This document shows positions 42,926-59,261 of a DNA stretch of 64,000 bases, piece after piece. Position numbers and translations under genes: made by a program. Each line of letters begins with the position of its first letter. Within the stretch, counting starts at the first letter, position 1. The notes under the pieces are model-generated. The model did no database searches, had not been told where the DNA came from, and was given only the letters and a program-made list of their open reading frames with translations. Origin of the DNA: the human T2T-CHM13v2.0 reference genome, Homo sapiens; NCBI RefSeq assembly GCF_009914755.1, contig NC_060934.1; one strand, 5' to 3'.

Positions 42926-43017
42926 TTTCTTCCACTAACCGCACTATAGGAGCCCCCGTATTTCTTGCGGTTTCCTATTAACTCTATGATTTCAGGGACG
43001 TAGCTGGCAAACATGGC
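42926..43017 (-). CDS. KCNMA1: KCNMA1 exon 9 (92 nt): end of S6 and S6-RCK1 linker
   Basis: tctcag|GCC ATG TTT GCC AGC TAC...GGA AGA AA|gtaagt, reading [30 protein letters not shown](K). Confidence 0.98.
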
Positions 43018-44574
43018 CTGAGAAGATAGGAGACAGAAGAGAGACTAAAAAGACAGGCCAAAGAAAAGGGGGGACCTGTTCAGAGGGTGGGGGCACTAAG
43101 ATCTGAAAACACAAAAGGATTAGGCCTGCAAAGGTATATATTGATATGTTGGATCATAAAAAACTAAAAGCACGAAGAGAGCAAGCTCCCAGAAATACAC
43201 AAGACAAACAAACATTGGCCACCTTGACAACTAAAGAACAAAAAAAAATCACAGTCGAGAAAAATACAAAGGAGACAGGAATAAATAAGGTGATATCTAG
43301 TTCTTCTTGCTGAAGAAAAATAGGCAAGAGGGGGACATGCTAGTGAAACTAAACACACACAGACACATGTGTGCATGCACAGACACACACAGTTTCGCAA
43401 GAGAAGATCTTCCTTTGTCATTAAAATTCAGAGGAGAATCAATGCTTTTATGAGTGACAAAAGAAAATAAACACCAAAAGATTAAAAACTACATTTTTCT
43501 ATTAAAAAAAAAAAAACACTGAAAAGCTCAAAAGGGAAATTTAGGAAATCACCTGGGAGGAGAAGATAGCAAGGAGAAACACAAATCTGCCATGTTTTGT
43601 CCAACAAACATCTGGCCTGTGGCTGGCTGGATGGGTCTTTTTATCTATAGGCACCTCACGGATGCTGTAGAAATGCTTGCGTGAATGTACACATGCATGT
43701 GCACATTTATATACATTTTTTAAATGTATAGGCCCTATGCATACAAAACAGAGAGAGGTGTATGCATCACTACATATAAATGTGCGCACGGTGTACATAC
43801 ATGAAAGCTGTGTATGGATTAGGATTTTAATCACTCGCTTCATAAATGGCAAAAAAAATCTAAACTTAAAATGAGCTACTTTGAAAGACAAAATGCAGCA
43901 ACTGCCAACGTGTGGCCAGAAATCCCCTCGATTTACATTAGAAGGGGTGGTTTAGTGCAACATAAAGAGCTGCGTAGACTTTTAAAAAGCAAACAGTGAA
44001 ACTTTCTTAGAAGAAAGGAGCAAAAATACCCCATGTGTCCGCTGCAGAATGGAGTGAGCTGTTTGCAAAACTGCACTCTGCTCACATGGGGATGTCCGCC
44101 TGGACAAGACTAAGGTGCTCTCTCTCCTTTGATGTAGGGACCCTTCTCTTTAGGGCAGGCCCCAGCCACAGTGTTTGTTGGAAGTTAGGGGAGGAACATA
44201 AAGGGGAAGGGAGAGCTCTTGAAACCGCAAACTGTCTCTACAAAGTATCGACAGCTTCTACCAGAGGCAGGTGACAGCCACTGTCCTTGTAGCATACCAG
44301 ATGCTGAGTTACATTGCTAAGGGGTAGACACTCTCCCTTATTAACAGCATCACTTTTCTTAAGACAATTAGGTTTGCTCCTGGCTAAATGGCTGTCCCCG
44401 ACAAGGGCAATGTGCCTGGATCTATGGGACAAGTGTAATACACCAAGAATTATGCAGAAAAGTCACCATCGTGTTTGGATTTACTTAGCCTGATTGTAAC
44501 GTTAAGGCTTGCTTCTAGTGCAGAATACAGTCTAAAATACAAAGCTTTAAGGAAATGTATCATGGAAAATATTA

Positions 44575-44787
<213 letters not shown>

Positions 44788-46810
44788 CTAAAGCAAATGG
44801 GACAGGGGAGAAAAAAGAAAAACATGCTATTGAAGTGTATACATGCAATAAACGCGGAAGCTCGGCACTCTCGAAGGCCACTTGCTACTGCACACCACTC
44901 TCCACACGAGATGTGTGGTTCCCGGGCTGAGTTCTGTGAGTCAGGATGCAGAGCTCCTGAGCAGGACACAGAGAAAGTGGAGAAGCAGCTGCAGGAGATG
45001 TCTTCCTGGCTGATTGAGACAGAGAGGGAAAGCAAGAAGGGAAATATCTCTAGGCCTTTTCTCTTCTTCTGGTAAAATGTGGGAAGCCAGCTAAAATTCA
45101 GGGCATTGCCTCTGGCCAGGTTTTAGAGCACTCTCTTCAAGGAAAGAGCCAGAGATTCCGTCCCTGACCTTCCTCAATGGGTTTCTAAGGCCCAGATGGC
45201 CTGGATCTGCCTCTCCCACAGAAATTCTAAACACTTCCGTAGGGGGCTGCCTCCTTCCATCAGTTTATCCAAAGAGTATATATGGGCCCTGCTTATTTCT
45301 GATTCAAACAGCATCTCTGGAATCTGGCCCTGCTCTCCCTCCTTTGCAAATTGGCAATGGTGGTCCCAGCCTTGAGGCTGCTGGAATCTTCACAGGGGCA
45401 TGGAAAGTGAGCTCATGAGAACAGCTTGCACTGGCACAGCCCGTTAGATCAAGGGCTGGCAAACTTTTTCAGTTTTGTGGGCGACACAGGTCCTGTTCAA
45501 CTCTGCAGAGGCAAAACTTCAACAAATGGGTGTGGCTGGATTTGGAGAGCTTTGGCCCGAGACTGCAGTTTCCCCACTTTCCTGTCCTTCCATCATATTT
45601 GATCTGCCAACAAGGCTAGTAGGTGGGCAGGAAAGGTACTTTAGATACTCTCAGGAGAGAGGGAGCTGCGGGCCCAATTTTACTCAAATATGCCTGTGAT
45701 CCACCCACAGGGCCTGTAGACGGTGGCCCCCAGGCCTCCACCTCTGCCTCTGCAAAATGTTTCCAGGGCCTGGCCTCTTTCACACATCAGTTTGTCCTCA
45801 ATGTGCCATTTTCACAAAAGTTTCCTGGTGAACCTGAAGGGACTTCACTAATACCCGTAGTAAGGTGGGGTCATCATCTTATTAAAGACAACTATCTCCT
45901 CCACATATGTGATTTGGGTGCTTCGTGCTTGGTTACAGCAAGAATTAGGGTGATTAAGGTTGATTTTGGCCATGAATCCCATCAGCATTAAGGGCTGGGC
46001 AGGAGACTCTAGATCTGGTGACTACGTGAGGCCCCATGCCCCAACCACTGCCATCCCAGGCCTGTCTTCCTTTGGGTGATAATTACCTAAATCCCAAGTG
46101 TGGGTAGCTAAGCGCGTCCTTCTATCCCTTATGCAAATAGAGGCTCAGCCACTGGTGGTCAACTTTATCCAAAGTCTCAGAGCTAGACGAGGCTCCTTCC
46201 AGTTGTAACAGTCTATGTTTGCATGAAACACACTTCCCACAATGGCTGTGCTCTCTAAAAGCAGGGGGAAAGTCTGCCTTCGGGTGGTGTGAGGGGCTTG
46301 ACTTAATACAAGGCTTTCAAAGAGTCACTAATGAAAAAGAATGAACATTTTTGAGGTACAAATCAGACAAAATAATCAAAGGTGGCTTTTCGTAAGGCAG
46401 AAGTGGAAAGAAATTGAGGGATCTGAATTTGTTGTTTACTAGGAGGTGTGGGTCCAACTTCCAACCTTGTCCCCAGACCTTTTCCAGGTGTTTGCTTAGG
46501 AAGCACTGCCATCTTGTGGCTTACTATAGTTATTGCAGACAGAAGGAAAATCTACCAAAGCCCCCATGACAATACCAATGAGCAATGAACTGAAAAATGC
46601 AGGTTAATAGTGCAAACATTACTCACCATTTGGAACTAGTTTGGGGTAAAAAGGTTGGAAACCCAGACAATTGTGTGGTTGCTTCCCATCTTCCTGTCTA
46701 CAACCGAGGTGAAGTTAATTTCCAGCAAGATAAATTTTAGGTAATAAAATGACTCAGAGAGGGTCTTGTTGCAGGCAAGCGAGAGCAGAAGGGTCTTCAA
46801 GGTTACTCAC

Positions 46811-46886
46811 CAAATGGATGAACCCGGCTGCAGTCAGCCACGTGCTGATAAATATGGAGAGCAGATTCACCAGCTTGATGGAATTA
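46811..46886 (-). CDS. KCNMA1: KCNMA1 exon 7 (76 nt): S4-S5 linker and S5
   Basis: cttgcacag|T AAT TCC ATC AAG...CAT TTG|gtgagt, reading [25 protein letters not shown]; phase matches exon 6. Confidence 0.98.
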
Positions 46887-47574
46887 CTGTGCAAGAGACA
46901 ACAAGCAAAATCCCCACGTTACCAAGGGAAGGCCCTGCTGGGGCTGCCTTACAGGGTAACAGCACCCGCTTAGCAGGAGAGGCTGCCACATCTAACTCCC
47001 AACCATTTCTCCATTATAAGGGAATTCTGGAAGGTGGAGGAAGCTGCTGGGATGAAGGTCAGGACAGAGCCTAGAGGAACAAATTTAACTTTGGTAAAAA
47101 TTAACTTTTATTTAAAAAACTCTTCAAATCTACAGAAAAGTGGAAAGAACAGTATAATGAACACTTGTACGCTCTTCATTTAGACTGACCAATTATTAAC
47201 ATTTTACCACGGGTGCTTTATCTCCCTACATGCTTTTTCTCTTATCCCCCCCGCCCTTTTTTCTTCTCTTCTTCTTGCCATGTACATATATATATATATA
47301 TATATTTGCTAAACCATTTACCAATAAATCAGAGACATCATGGCACAAGCCCTAAATACTTTAGCACCCAACTCCTAAGAAGAAGGGCATTGCACAGCAT
47401 AATCACAATACCATTGCACGCCTCAGAAAATTAAAACATAAAAATTCAGTAATGCTATTTAATATGCAGACCTTATTTAAATATCTCCAGTTGCCCCAAA
47501 ATTATGTTTATTGATTTTTTTTTATTTTCCCCCCAGACCCAAGTTTCATGCACTGCATTTGGCTGTTAGGTGGC

Positions 47575-47785
47575 TTAAATCCAACTGTCAGGAAACAAGG
47601 ACAGAGAGTAAATATTTTAGGCTTTACAGGCCATATAGACATTGTCACAAATACTCAACTCTGTCACTGTGGCTTCAGAGCAGCTTTTGGACATCATGTA
47701 CAGGAATAGATATGGCTTTGTTCCAATAAAACTTTATTTACAAAAACAGGCAGCCGGCATGGGCTATAGTTTGCCAATCCCAGCT
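47575..47785. mobile_element. MER58-like hAT-Charlie DNA transposon
   Basis: Motifs agtaaatattttaggctt, actcaactctg, gttccaataaaactttatttacaaaaacagg. Confidence 0.8.
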
Positions 47786-47835
47786 TCAGTCCCTTCTAAT
47801 GTATAATTGACACCACTCCTTTGTAATGACATTAA

Positions 47836-48415
<580 letters not shown>

Positions 48416-51400
48416 TCCCTACTTAAGTATTTCTGTTAAGAATCTCTGCGGGGATGGCATCACATCAGGATATCCCAGCCCAATGACTAGCTCCATCCAT
48501 GTGGCTAAGGCAGAAATGCTAATGTCTCCACTGAGAGGTGCCCATTTCCCTTTGTAATGAATATGCCACCTTGAGTGAGGCCCCGAGACTGCAGGAATAT
48601 CCTGCTCCCCAAAAACCTTATACCTAATAGCTTTAGCATTCACTGGTGTTCCTTGAGTGGATCAACTGGACCTTATGACATTTTGAGGTCCCTAAGAGCT
48701 GAGGCCTTGTCTGTCTGGATTCCAGGAGCCCTGGGTCCCTGGAGCATAGCAGACCCGTGACTCTGCACTGAGTGCACTGGTATCTGCCCCTGCTCTCTTT
48801 CTAAACTGCATCCTGTTCAGTCCCACTGGGGTATACCTGAACGCTGCTGTCAGCAGGTCACTTCACTGTCCAAAGGCTTCTTGTTGACTAAAAGATGACA
48901 TTCAAACTCTCTCCTTCCATTGTCAACACCTTGTGAAGTCCCAGTCTCTCCCACCACCCCTCTTTCACATAAACTCTTGAAACTGCCATGCCAGCTAAAC
49001 CTATTTACTATAGCTATTGTTTACACTATTTACTCAACTTGAAAGCCCTTCCCATCTAGTCAAATTTCCCCATTCTTCAAAGCCCAGTTCAATCCCTACT
49101 GCTTCCTTAAAGTCGTTCCATCCATCTGCAAGACAAAGTGACTTTCCCCGGCTCTCAACTCCAGCCATTCATTGGTAATTGATCCTACTGACTTAAGATG
49201 TCTTTTGTAAAGTTTTAGGTTGCTATTTGACTCTTGTGTTCCTTGCTGCATCTTGCAGAAAAGAACTCTCTTTTCTAGCTCTTGCATTTTCCCAGTAGTG
49301 GCTTAATGCAGCCTACAGGGTTGCCCAACCCATTAGTTTTGGTCAGTTCATCTCTGTTATGACTGCCCTCTCTTACCTCTCTTTTGGAGAACCAATGATT
49401 TAAATTCTAGGCATTTAAGATCACAGTAATAGTTTCAGCTAGCTTGTTTACAGTTCTTTCCCAGTGCTCACCACATGTGCCACCATCCTAAGTGCTTTAG
49501 GATCACCTGTGCTTTATGTATACTAAGTCATTTAATGCTCATAACAACAATCTTTCTTCTTCTATGGAAGAGCACAGAGGAATCCATAGTCTTAGTTTTT
49601 CCAGAGTTGATTCTGACAGTTCATGGAAAGAATAAACAGATTCAACTTTGTGGGTGAGACTGATATTTCAAAATGTGTGGAACAACTTTCTTCTGGCTCG
49701 AAAACTTGGAAAAACAGCCAAAATGTCCATTCTGTCTCTCTTGGTCATTTCTAGAGTTACCAGATTATAATAATTGCCAATATTTATTGAGCCCTTATTA
49801 TGTGTTAGATGTTGTGTTAAGCAGAATTCTCTCCTGCCTGTACCTTGTAAGTCCTCTAAGGTGTGCTCCCACATTGGAGGGTAAGAAATAGATGAAGAAC
49901 TGATAGCCGGCGACAAAGGGAGGCCTCTTAGGGAGGTGTGTGTTGTTCATTTTCTCAGGGTATCGTTAAATACCAAGTGGCTTCACTTACATACTCCTGG
50001 ATTCTTGGGACCTGAACACAGCAGTGTCCCACCAACAACCATGTAGAGTCCTCTTGAGATATTAAACCTATTTGGAGTCTGAGTCTCCTTGGTGCTTTGG
50101 AAAAATGACCTAAATATGGTGATTACTAAACTCTAAATGATGGTTACAGTGATATTAGTAGTGCGTTAGGGAGCTCTTGCCATATGCAGAACATTTAATC
50201 ATTGTTGCTAAAACAGTCCATGTTTAGCTCTGAAATCTGATTATTTTTATGACATCAGTATTATCACAGATCCCTAGGTTTAGGAATTTGCTTTCTAAAT
50301 GAAACTGTATGACCACACATCTGAAAGCTACAAGCAAAAGATGCAAGGTTAACCCCTGGTGGGCATTCTCCACAGTCTGAAATGTGAACCTTGCCAGGTT
50401 AAGTAGGGCTCCTTGGGAAGAAAGAGTGGGGCACGCCAGGAGCAGGGCTGTGTGCTCTGCATAGCAAAGGTTATATATCTCTGTGTGGAGATAGTCATAG
50501 CCTTCCTGGTCAAGCCCAGGGATCTGGGCCAAACACGAAGCTACCAGCGGTTAGAATGATTTGAACCATTCAGATTCTAGCCTGCTTCCTAAGCTTTGAG
50601 GGAGATTATGATCTTATCATCAACACCTGATCCAACTAAAGTCAATCATTCTCATGTTGCCTATACAATTCCTGAGTCTCCATCCCATGAGTTCTAATTC
50701 ACATCGATGGACACAGTGAATCATGATAGGTCAGGCACAGGATTCTTGTAGATTAGAGACCTCTTCCAAGAAACTGTGGATGCTGCAAGAGAAGGTCTGG
50801 CTCCAGAGATTACAGCTGTAAACCCAGAGCTTCTGGGGCCTCCTTTGTCCTCTATATGTTTAACAAGACATGTTTCAGTTAACACAGAAAATGCCATGCA
50901 CTTTGTACAAAGAAGTGTACGTTTGTCCCTGTTCTGCTTGTCTCTAATTTTTCTCTTTGTTTCTGGTACTGCCAGGTGCTGCTGGCCTTGTTTGTTTTAC
51001 TGCTCTCTTTGCTGGACAGATGTAAAATACCCACCCCCTAAAAAGTTAACTGGACTGCACCACACTAACATAAATGGTCTGAATGACAACATGAGTGGAA
51101 CAAAGTGAAATTCTGCCAATTCAATCCCTTAATTATCTCTAGATCCCTTCTTCTTTCTCTGCCCCAATTTGCACTGCCTAAGGCCATGCCCTAATACCTC
51201 TTCCCTGGACTACTGCCTCCTAATTGGTCTTATGGTCTATGAGGTCTTTGATGCTTCAACCCCATTCTCTATACAACTGTTGGAATAGTGGATCTTTCTA
51301 AAATGTCAGTCTAACCACATTTCCTCTCCTGATTAAAATCCTTCAACAGCTCTCATTTGTTCTCAGTAAAGTCCATGAATCTAAGAACCTGCATGATTTG

Positions 51401-51651
51401 GCCTCTCCCTGCACATCTCTTGCAGTCTCCATATAGAATACTCTTCTTTACAAACTTTATCTTGGAGCCATTTCTAAGTTCATGTCAGTAGTAATGTTTT
51501 AGTTTCAAAAACGCCTCCCAAAACCATATTGGTTAGGTACACGATGACTCATGCATATCATGGAATGCTATGTGAGAAACAAAAGGTGACATAGTAGATG
51601 TAATCATTATCTCAAAGTAGTGTGATGTGGAGGCAATTTTACTTTATCCTA

Positions 51652-52032
<381 letters not shown>

Positions 52033-55000
52033 TTAGAGGAAACAATAAGGAAATTCCCATTTTGGAAAAAATTGCTGAGTGATCCATGTTTTAGTCATCA
52101 ATATTTACCACAGTCAATGAGATGTGGAATTACAGCCTTTAAACACAGCTGCTGACTTTCCTCTGACAGTAGAATAAGTGTTCTAGCACCTGTGTGTTAG
52201 ATCTCCAGTTTGCAGGGCAACTGAGAAACTGCCAAAACCTCAGATAGTGAGAGGGAGTCTCCTTGTCTCCCCTTTAATTGGCCGTTTCAGGCTATGGAGT
52301 ATTCTAGGCCCCCTATGGGCTTGCAGTTTGGGAAAGGGCCCTGATGCTGGTCACATAATTGTGATTTGCCCATTTCATCCCATGCACTTTAATTTTCCTT
52401 CTGCTGCATTCTTAATTCTTTATCAATCTTTCTGCCCACCTTATGCTTCTCTGCCTTATTTCTTTCAGCTCTTGGCCCAGTGAGGCAGCCAAAGTACTGG
52501 AAATGAAACAGCAACTCCAAATCATTATTTCAAATTGCATTGCAAAGCCTCCATCCCTGCCTAATGCCACAGATTGGCAGGAATTCACCGCCAAAGAGAG
52601 CCAGACAAAATCTCCCTAAAGACGATTACATGGGTCCCCCAACCCACCCTTCTGGAAGGACCGCTATGAAAGCAGCAGAGTATGGAAGAGTCACAGGAGA
52701 ATCGCTCAAAAGTCCAAAACCCTACAAAAGCCAAGGCTGCACTTTCTCTGGGACAGAACTTTGGGATCCACACTTGGGGATGCCCAAAAGGAAGGAGCCA
52801 AGATTAGCCAGGCTGGCACCTGGAGAGAGAATGGCCTCAGAGAGTTGTCCTAAAGCTTCTAGATTTCTTACAATTACATGACGTTTGCTTCTGTGCCTGG
52901 TGACCTGGCCTTTCCTACCCTCTTAACCTCATCCTCCTCTTTCCATCACAGAACGCTTAATGTCCAGGAGTGCAGAATTACCCAAAGTTTCCCCAAGTGT
53001 TATGCTCTCACACCAGTGTGCTGTTAGCATCTTCCTTGATTAGAAGTCAACCCCCACCCTACCCCTCACATGCCCAGCCCCACGAGGATGACACTTTTTT
53101 CTACAAGGCTTACCTAAAAGTAACCTTCTCCTCGAAAAGATCCTTGACTGCCCTGCAACTCAGGCTAAGCCCAGCTTAGTTACTCCCCTCTCAACCCCTG
53201 GGCATGCTGACATCAGCATTAACCACACCGTCAGGTGGCCTGGCCCCCTACGCAGCAAGTTCTCTGACAGCAGGACTCCTAGCATGCACCTTGCTGCTGA
53301 TACCAATGGGTGCTCACTCCAGGCTTGCTGAATTATCTCAACCATCTGGTTATGACCATAAGTGAAAGGAACTCTGAAAACCCAGGTTGTGGGTTTGTGG
53401 CAAAAAGCACCCTCTAACAACAAGAGTTTCATATAGTGGGAAGTGGGGTGCTGGAAAAAGGCTGTTTTGGGGCCCGGATGGCAGATGCCCAGACAGCCTT
53501 CCACCCCATGACTCTTCCCTAGGGCCATTCTCTCCCTCGTCCCCTGGCTGGCTGCTTCAGCTTCCCCGCTCTGCACTGAGAGAGGCAGCACTGAGTGCAG
53601 TTGGCAGGTGAGCTGACACCAGGGATCCCACAGCCACTTCCCGCATCCAAAGGAAAGAGAGGTGAGTGTCCTAGCAGAAAGTCAGAAAAAGATATTCAGA
53701 TGGTCCATCATTTTCTCAAGTTCTAAAACGGTCCAGGGAGTAGACAGTATTCCTCAGAGCAATGGAACCTTCTCAAAATGCTGGCATCAGAGAATAAAAA
53801 TCCCCCTAACATATGATGTAATTGTGAAACAGGGAGAGACAGACACTACCCAATGTTAGAGAGTGTCACAAAACACCATCCCTACCAAAAAAGTAAGTGT
53901 CTCTTAAGGACAAGGCTCTATGCTTGGTGCTGGGTACTCACGCGTTCCATCTTTAAAACACAGTCTAGTGGAGTGAATCTGACATACGTAAATATTGGCG
54001 AGATGCTAGCTTCATTGATCGTTTACATTTCAAAAGTAATATGATTCTAGCACATAGAAGAATAATTAAAAGGCAGAAATCAAGGTTATTGGCAATCAGA
54101 AAAACATGAAGAAATACAATATTCACTGTATGTGAATAATATTACATTATTGCTAATAAATAGAGGACTGATAAATTCTTATCTCAGGATAATGAACAGT
54201 AAAAGGCAGGAGGACATACTTTTAAAGACTTCAGTGCCATTGGATTCTCTTTTTCTTTTCAACTTGACTAATAGAAAGTGAATTTGACCTCACAGTCACA
54301 TAGATGAGCAGTCAGAGAGAGGAAACCAATTTGGAATTAAAGCAAAATAAAATAAACAAGCAAAAAAAACACTAACACCCAAGGAGTAAAGCCAATCATA
54401 GGTTGAATTTGTTGGCTGTGTCAGGTTCATTCAGGAAGCTAGGTCCCAGCCTGTGTTACCAGGAAAATGATGCTGAATCTAATCCTCAAAACTACAGATA
54501 TATTAATTACAAATCACAAAATATGGAGGTGTCCTGTTTTTAATCATTTATCAAATGCATGAAGGGCAACCAAAGAGGAAATGGAACATTAGAAGTTAGC
54601 TTCTTAGAGTGTAATTTCCTAGAAGAGAAATTTATGGCCTGTACTTATTCTCCATTAGAGCACGTCTAACCTCTTTTATTAGTTTATTCATCAAGACAGC
54701 CTTGGTTTCAGGCCAGCTCTGCAAGCCGGCAGGTCATCAGGAAAGGGATCCTCTGGGGGCTTTTCCTCCTGGTCCAGTTGTGTTTTCCAGATCATAACGC
54801 AGTTAACAGAAGTATTCATGGTGCATTCGGCAGGAGGTTTGTAGGTTTTCCCCCAAAAGGCAATTCACAGAGAAAGCCCCAAGGGCTATACGGATATAAA
54901 GTGAACATCTAAAATGTGCTTTGAAATGAAATGATTTTCTGTTTGCCGTATGAGGTTTGTGATTGCCTCTCACAGCATTGCTTCTATTGCCTTTACGACT

Positions 55001-55417
55001 GGGTTCAATTTCTTATTTAGTGATGTAATAAAGGGGCGATTTAGAATCTGGCAGCAAGGACTTCCCAATCAATGAGCAAATCTATCCCTCATTCACTGTG
55101 CACCTTTCCCCTTGACACCGTGGCTCTTATCTGGGCAACCCCACTGGGCACACAGATATCAGCTATGTGTCCCTAAAAGTGTCCCTACTTCCCTGCATGC
55201 ACAGCTATTTCTCTCTTTTCACCACATAGTTCCCTGGCCCTGCAGAAGAGAGCAACTCAAACCCTACTCTGGTTTTCTCTCCCTCTCTGTGTTAGATCAC
55301 TCTTTCTGTGAATAATATAACTATTAATAATGTCATTGTGATGAAAGCAAGCACACCTGATATTTGCAACTTGGCATAGGGGACTGGAATGAAAAAAATA
55401 TGACGAAGAACATCTTA

Positions 55418-55522
<105 letters not shown>

Positions 55523-57342
55523 TTATTTTCAATGTGTGATTTTAATGTTCACAGTCTGCCATTTGATTTACAGTTCCCAAGGGTCGAAGGGATGGGAAGT
55601 TCTTGCAGAAGATAAACCAGCTGGTACCTCGGACATATTCCTTCATTCTGATTCTTGACTGGTTTAATCTCGACTGGGAAATGGACTTTCTCTTTATAAA
55701 GGTGGCCTGTTTGGAACCTCTTTAGAGGAAGGGCTCATGGGGAGAAGCCAGGTTAATGAGACTTTTCATTTGGTGATCTCTGATTGAAAGCACTGTTTCT
55801 AAGTTACCTAGTTATCTGGCAGGATTTTGTCTCTGAAAAATCCTAGGAATTGTGATAGCTCAGGGTAACCCTTGTGCTAAGAGCAGATTGAGAATAAATC
55901 GGATAACCTTATGTCTTTGATGGATTTTATTTTTTATCTTTATCTTCAGCCCTGATAAAATGAAGAGTACAGCCCACAGTGTTATCTGTTTTCTACAAAC
56001 TTCTATATTTTCCTCCCAATAAAAAAAAAAAAAAGATCAGTGAGATATCACACCCCACAACTTCAGGATTCAAAATTTATATAGTTCCCCTTTTATTAAG
56101 TGTTAAGATAAATGGTTTGTCCTTTCTAAATCAACAACCTCTCTTGAATGAAAAAGAAGCATCAGTGTTTAGGTGGCAGAAGAGAGATGGAGAAGGAAAA
56201 CACATCAAGGACATTTTAAAAATGCAAATTATTATGTTTTAATAGCTAAGAGTGAATTATATTTCTGTTCAGGTGAAATTCATGGTCAAAACATTCAGTC
56301 AGTCCTGGGCTATAATAATTTGGCTATCATGCAAGGGAATTACTTACAAAATGCTGGTTTGTCACCGCTTTGAGACACATTGAATGTCACACCCACTCCC
56401 AAGGGGATTTTCTTTTGCAGACTTTCTAGAAGCATTTTATTAAGCACCGCCACGTGCCAAAGGCAGTGCGAAGCCCTCCAGTGCACTGAGTTGACAGACA
56501 ACTCCACGCCCGTGGGTGGGGCTTTGTTCTCCCACGCCCGTGAGCCAGTAAAGGGCAGCCTAGGGCAAAGTGGTGGGAAGGAATCCTTACTACCTTCTAC
56601 TTGAATGAGGAGTACACTAACTGCACGCAACGTGGAGCTGTTTAGGTAATAAGGGAAAATTAACTTAAAGTTCATGGGGTGGGGGAAAATCTGTACAAGG
56701 AAAGAGGGAGAAAAGGATTGGCTCAAAAAAATAATTTCTCATCTGAAAAGGATTAACCATCATGAACAGAAGACTTTTTTTGAAAACATTCTCCTTCTAT
56801 GCTAAATAATACTTATATAACTTTTATTAAATAATTGCAGAGATGAGACGGGATGTTGATGAAATAAAAAGGCTCACGGCCAAAAGCACAGTTGTAACTG
56901 AGCTGATGAAAGGCTGACTTAGCACCGCTGAAAACCGACCACGGCGCAGAGTACAAAACTAAGAAGTCACCTCAGAAAGCAGAGAAAATATGAGAAAGGG
57001 AGAAAAAAAAAAGATGAAACTTCAGAAAATAGAAACACAGTAGAAATCACAGAGATCCAACCCATGGATAAAATGTGTTGGCCAAAGGGAAGTCAAAACA
57101 TCACATTGATCATAAGCAAAGGCCAGGACATAACAGAAAAGAACTTTTGAGATATGAAAAAATGACTGGAGACTAAAAGGTAAAATGAAGGATCAGTTCT
57201 TAGAGACCAATGCCAAGAAGCATCTGGCTTTTCATTTTCACATTTCAAGTATTAAAATCAAGCAATAAAAATAAACCACCAGTGTTGATGGGGTTATTTA
57301 CCGTTAATGTAACTAAGATCATTATATTTAACAAAAAGTGTT

Positions 57343-57689
<347 letters not shown>

Positions 57690-58053
57690 TCAGAATTTTT
57701 AGACAAACAGAATTTGACCCAAGATTTTTATACCCAGTCAAGTGGTTGTTCAAGAATAAAAGTAACAAAAAAAATTTCAAATTCTAAGGTCTCAAAAAAT
57801 ACATTGTTTGCTCAGTGTGTGCATAAAGTTTCCAAAGAGGTTCACAAGACTTGCTAAATCAGAATGGGAGGGGGCAAGGGCTGGAAATTAAATTTATAAC
57901 AGACTCTACTGCTGGTCCTAACCTTCCAGCCCAACCTAGACTGTTATCTCATACCAGTATCACTGTCGCATATTGCTGAGCTAAAACGACAAATGTAGAA
58001 ACGTGGAGTAGAAGGCGACTGGCAGTTAGCACTGAAACTATGAAAGATAACAA

Positions 58054-58558
58054 CACTCTTCCATGTTCCTTGAGGGATACATTCCAAGACCTCCCAGTGG
58101 ATGCCTGAAACCTCAGATAGTGCCAAATCCTATATGCATTATATACACACACCTACGGTAAAATTTAACTTATAAATTAGCACAGGAAGGGATTAACAAT
58201 GGCAATAATAAAATAGAACAATTATGACAATATGTACCAGCATCACTATACTTGCGCTTTGGGGCCGTTATTAAGTAAAATAAGGGTTAGTTGAACACAG
58301 GTAACATGGGTTACAGCAAGACATCGGTCTGCCCACTGAAGTGCCCTGAGAGACTAATGGCCAGGGAGTGCAGATGGCACGGATGTGCTGGACAAAGGGA
58401 GGATTCTTGTCCCAGATGGAACCAAGCAGGACAGCATGCAACTTAAAACTTATGAATTGTTTATTTCTAGAATTTCCTATTTAATATTTTCAGACTACGG
58501 TTGCCTGGGGATAACTGAAACCTCAGGAAGCAAAACCATAGATAAGAGGCACTCCTGT
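58054..58558. mobile_element. MER44-like (Tigger) DNA transposon
   Basis: Motifs gggatacattccaagacctcccagtggatgcctgaaacc, cttgcgctttggggccgttattaagtaaaataagggt, aacttatgaattgtttatttct. Confidence 0.75.
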
Positions 58559-59261
58559 AGAAATACATGCTAGCAATGTATTAGCCATTTAGTGTTTAAT
58601 CCTGAACATTCTGTGTGTGCATAGATATGCTTTTATTTATGGAACTAAAAATAGAATACAAACAACCTGAACTTCAAACTGGATTTCTTCTTTTTATCTT
58701 TAAACGATGGTGTTTGTATCGTATATCCATTGCTGATTGGCAGCTTGCCACATTTGAGTGAGTTACACAAATATAGTAGAATAAAAGCTTTTCTTTTAAT
58801 TAAGGTGCATGAAAGTAAGGGCAGGAAAGAAATGAATGCAGAGGCCACAAGGTCCTATACTCTTGCTAGACACAAACTGCAGATCTAGCTCTGAGCACCT
58901 TCTTAACAAAAGCAAGCAGGCAGACAGGATAAGATCAATAGTGTATACATATGAGAGAAAAACAAACTGGCTTGCAGGAGAATCATTTATTTTTCCCAAC
59001 ATGGAGACCAGAGGGAAATATCTCCTTGCAAAAGGGACCCAGGGTGATGCAGGAGCAAGACCCCTGTGGGCTGAACAAGGGTGGCCTTTGCTTATTTGAC
59101 TGCCTCATACTGGGCATTTTTATGGCACTGAGTTTCACTAATGCAAATGAGCCAATGAAGTTCTCCATAGGTTAAAAAAGTCAGTCTACATTTCATCCTC
59201 AGATCAAGCCAGACTATCTGGAGAAATGGTTGGTCTTTCAGGAATCATTCACAATAGCTTC

